Positions 62,852-64,000 of a DNA stretch of 64,000 nt are shown one piece after another. A program made the position numbers and the translations under genes. This DNA comes from an uncultured Thermoplasmata archaeon. GTDB lineage: Archaea; Thermoplasmatota; Thermoplasmata; Lutacidiplasmatales; UBA184. Under the pieces are notes generated by a model. That model made no database searches. It saw nothing but the letters and a program-made list of their open reading frames with translations, and was not told where the DNA came from. The DNA is taken from assembly GCA_963713145.1 (NCBI GenBank), contig CAVQKI010000001.1, forward strand, positions 26,479 to 90,478, given 5' to 3'. The first letter of the stretch is position 1; every line of letters starts with the position of its first letter.

Positions 62852-64000
62852 ATGGATCCTCGGGTCGAATCGGCACACGCGGAGTACCGGCGTCGAACGC
62901 CCCGCTCCGCGGAGCTGTTCGCGAGGGCCCGGAAGTGGACACCCGTCGGCGTCCACTCGAACTACCGGTTCCTGGACCCGTACCCATTCTACGTGAAGCG
63001 TGCCCACGGGGTCACGCTCCAGGACGCGGACGGGAACGACTACCTCGACTTCAACATGGCCTACGGCTGCCTGCAGAGCGGACACGCCCATCCCAAGCTC
63101 GTGGAGGCGCTCGGTCGGCAACTCGGCCAGGGGAGCGTCTACGGGTACGAGTGGGAGCGAACGCCGGAGGCGGCCGAGCGGGTCTGCCGACGGTTCGGCA
63201 TGGCGCAGGTCCGCTTCAGCACCACGGGCCTCGAAGCGACGCATCACGCGATGCGGTTCGCCCGGGCGTACACGAAGAAGCGGTACGTGCTCAAGTTCGA
63301 GGGCTCGTACCATGGCTCTCACGACACGCTGCTGGTCGGAGTGAAACCGCGGCTCGAGGTCGCCGGCGCTCCGGAGCATCCGAACTCCGCGCCGGCCTCA
63401 CCCGGAATTCCGCCCGAAACGTACGGCCGCACGCTCGTCGCCCCGTTCAACAACCTCGAGGCGACCCGGAAGATCGCCCTCGAGCACCGCGGGGACCTGG
63501 CGGCGATCATCGCCGAGCCGATCCCGATGAACATGGGGTTCATCCTGCCGGAGAAAGGGTTCTTTCCCGGGTTGCGCGAGCTCTGCGACGAGCTCGGCGC
63601 CCTCCTCGTCCTCGACGAGATCAAGACCGGGGCCAAGTACCCCGGGGGCGGTGCCGCTCGAGTAGGGGTCCGACCGGATGTCGTGACTCTCGGAAAGTCG
63701 ATCGCCTGCGGCATCCCGCTTTCCGCGGTCGCCGCGGGTCCGGGAATACTCGACGAGGTCGGTCCGCGGAAGGTCGCCCACGCGGGTACGTACAACTCGA
63801 ACCCGCTGGCGGTAACCGCCTGCCTTGCCTCCCTCGAGCACATCCTCACCGACGAGAACCTGGAACGATCGGCCGCTCTGTGCGCTCGTCTCGCCAAGGG
63901 GTACGCCGAGGTCTTCCGGGACGCCGGGGTCACCGCGTTCGTCGCGGCCGACGGCGTTTCGGGGTCGGTCTACTTCACGGACCACCCGGTCCGGAACTGG
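62852..64000 (+). CDS. class-III (GSA-aminomutase-like) aminotransferase, 3'-truncated by the window end
   Basis: My own translation from ATG 62852 reads MDPRVESAHAEYRRRTPRSAELFARARKWTPVGVHSNYRF...DADGNDYLDFNMAYG...STTGLEATHHAMRFAR...LDEIKTG...TLGKSIACG. It is open to position 64000, so it is absent from the ORF track. Confidence 0.85.
   Translation, partial: MDPRVESAHAEYRRRTPRSAELFARARKWTPVGVHSNYRFLDPYPFYVKRAHGVTLQDADGNDYLDFNMAYGCLQSGHAHPKLVEALGRQLGQGSVYGYEWERTPEAAERVCRRFGMAQVRFSTTGLEATHHAMRFARAYTKKRYVLKFEGSYHGSHDTLLVGVKPRLEVAGAPEHPNSAPASPGIPPETYGRTLVAPFNNLEATRKIALEHRGDLAAIIAEPIPMNMGFILPEKGFFPGLRELCDELGALLVLDEIKTGAKYPGGGAARVGVRPDVVTLGKSIACGIPLSAVAAGPGILDEVGPRKVAHAGTYNSNPLAVTACLASLEHILTDENLERSAALCARLAKGYAEVFRDAGVTAFVAADGVSGSVYFTDHPVRNW

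Noticed and set aside
1-64000. CRISPR arrays, IS elements and rRNA operons
   Set aside because: I saw no regularly spaced direct repeats, no transposase or integrase-like ORFs and no rRNA-like conserved stretches on either strand. The Cas4-like gene at 10024-10782 has no cas1/cas2 or array nearby.

Overview
This is a visibly G+C-rich archaeal chromosomal segment (G+C not computed). The gene set is euryarchaeal, possibly Thermoplasmata-like, but the lineage cannot be fixed from this window. I support about 59 protein genes, one tRNA-Leu(CAG) and one SRP (7S) RNA. I recognised no rRNA, CRISPR array, transposase, integrase or prophage.

Gene content by region:
- 1-13 kb: housekeeping genes (radA, purC, malic enzyme, two MetE-family genes, map, tsaC-like, ndk, rpl7ae-rps28e-rpl24e, tyrS).
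- 13-26 kb: a large HhH/coiled-coil/KaiC-like ATPase, SRP RNA, glyA, a large glycosylated surface protein, an alkA-like glycosylase, ligT and a HerA-like ATPase fusion.
- 26-39 kb: two paralogous multi-cofactor flavoprotein dehydrogenase clusters (archaeal proline-dehydrogenase / HcnABC / opine-oxidase type). One is divergent from a P5C dehydrogenase.
- 39-43 kb: Lrp-glnA and neighbouring genes.
- 43-59 kb and 62-64 kb: a peptide and amino-acid catabolic block with a Dpp/Opp-type ABC transporter, three class-III aminotransferases, two aldehyde dehydrogenases and amidohydrolases.
- 59.5-62 kb: an arsenic module (Cys-rich HxlR-type regulator, arsM, arsC, aquaglyceroporin).

The dominant technical feature is that roughly one gene in four needs a frame correction. 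The junctions I could resolve lie in short G/C homopolymers, so I treat these genes as probably intact genes with indel errors.

I found no clear-cut new system. The best candidates for a second look are:
- the HerA-type ATPase fused to a wHTH and a nuclease-like tail (22318-24839), together with the 0.9-kb non-coding tract next to it;
- the RadA-like protein whose HhH and ATPase modules are separated by about 480 aa of coiled coil (13164-15452);
- the membrane-anchored Cas4-like nuclease island inserted in the r-protein/ndk cluster;
- the subunit-fused proline-dehydrogenase-type enzymes.

Coordinates I derived by hand (internal starts, motifs, junctions) may be off by 1-2 nt.
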